Below the pieces are notes generated by a model, which saw only the letters and a program-made list of their open reading frames with translations, was not told the DNA's origin and searched no databases. Positions 63,109 to 64,000 of a stretch of 64,000 nucleotides of DNA are shown in pieces. The stretch comes from Moniliella sp. 'wahieum'. Its lineage: Eukaryota. Where the stretch lies: contig RSEE01000092.1 of assembly GCA_003971905.1 (NCBI GenBank), positions 62,001-126,000 on the forward strand, read 5' to 3'. Positions within the stretch are counted from its first letter, which is position 1. Every line of letters starts with the position of its first letter. A program made the translations under genes and the position numbers.

Positions 63109-64000
63109 CTCTTCGCCCCCCCCCCCTCCCCACTCCCTTATCCCGCTTGGCTTTTGACCAACACCCCATACTCGTCCTCCTGTCTCTACCTCTTTGGCTG
63201 CGTCCCGGCCGATCATGATGTTTACCCTCTGTCCCTCTGTCTGATTCATACTTTGCCCCATTTTCTTTTATTCTCTGCTGTTCCACTTCTCCTTTCCCCG
63301 CAGGACCCCTCTGTCCGCATGCAGCGCCCCCGTCCTGCCCTATTCTCTCCTGCATGAGCCTCACTGGGCAGATCGTGATGCCCCGCGGCACTTGCGGCGA
63401 TGGACGTGGGCGTCTCCTGGAAGCAGGAAAGGCCTGGATCTGCCAGACCTTCTTGCCATTCTCCCATATGCAGTGAGGTGATACGCCACACCCCCACATA
63501 CACCCAGTTGCGGTGGCCACGCTCCCCCCCCCCGGACTATCCGGTGTTTTATTGGTGTAGCCAGCTAGCAGCCGTACAAGTCTCTTGAAATGATACAGCA
63601 GCAATCCCAATTCCAAGCGATGAAAATTGCAACCTGAACCACAGTGTCTGCGCTGTGCCCCCGTTCCACCAGCTACACCAACACCATCCGCGTCGCCGCC
63701 GCGCCTATGCTGACCTTGCCTCGTGCGCTCGGCTATGGGGTTGCGGCACGAGCCAGGTGTCGGTGCATGCGAGTAGGTGGGCCTAGGTACAGGGCATGGG
63801 GACTGGTTCCGTATCCGCTGCGCCGCCTCTCCAGCGACGCAGATGGCCGGGACGACCCCCTTTCTTTAACCCCGATTGGCGATGACGACGATATTCTGTA
63901 CCTGCGTTGGCACCAGGTTCGAACACCGCCGTCGTCTCGCCCGCTCAAGCTACTGCCCATGCACTTCTCAATCCTTCCCCACGGACGGACCCTCTCCCGG

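Noticed and set aside
63733..64000. Possible 3' end of a minus-strand gene at the window edge
   Set aside because: No recognisable domain; cannot be supported from this window.

Overview
GC-rich eukaryotic DNA from a basidiomycete fungus, probably Ustilaginomycotina (inferred from gene content and the few short GT..CTRAC..YAG introns). Almost every gene, including essential ones, is broken by 1-2 nt indels. This is best explained by an unpolished long-read assembly, so CDS coordinates are gene spans rather than clean ORFs. About 20 protein genes are recognisable: Pho85-type cyclin, degenerate CMGC-like kinase, multi-KH protein, steroid 5-alpha-reductase, PKA catalytic subunit, prolidase, ribokinase, SLMAP/Far9-like FHA protein, beta-carbonic anhydrase, RACK1, MIT-domain protein, TRAP-alpha, FAT1, HAL/NPR kinase, TOP2, a divergent NAC-alpha-like gene, Rab5 and two hypothetical proteins. 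There is also one intron-containing tRNA-Pro(AGG). The most notable accessory content is: (i) two near-identical copies of an RLE-type (CRE-like) non-LTR retrotransposon at unrelated interstitial sites, one with a perfect 9-bp TSD that overlaps RT coding microhomology; (ii) three heavily decayed segments resembling Crypton tyrosine-recombinase transposons; (iii) a recurrent intergenic palindrome CTGAGnCTCAG and several recurrent promoter motifs. I could not demonstrate a wholly new biological system; the candidates are listed with tests.
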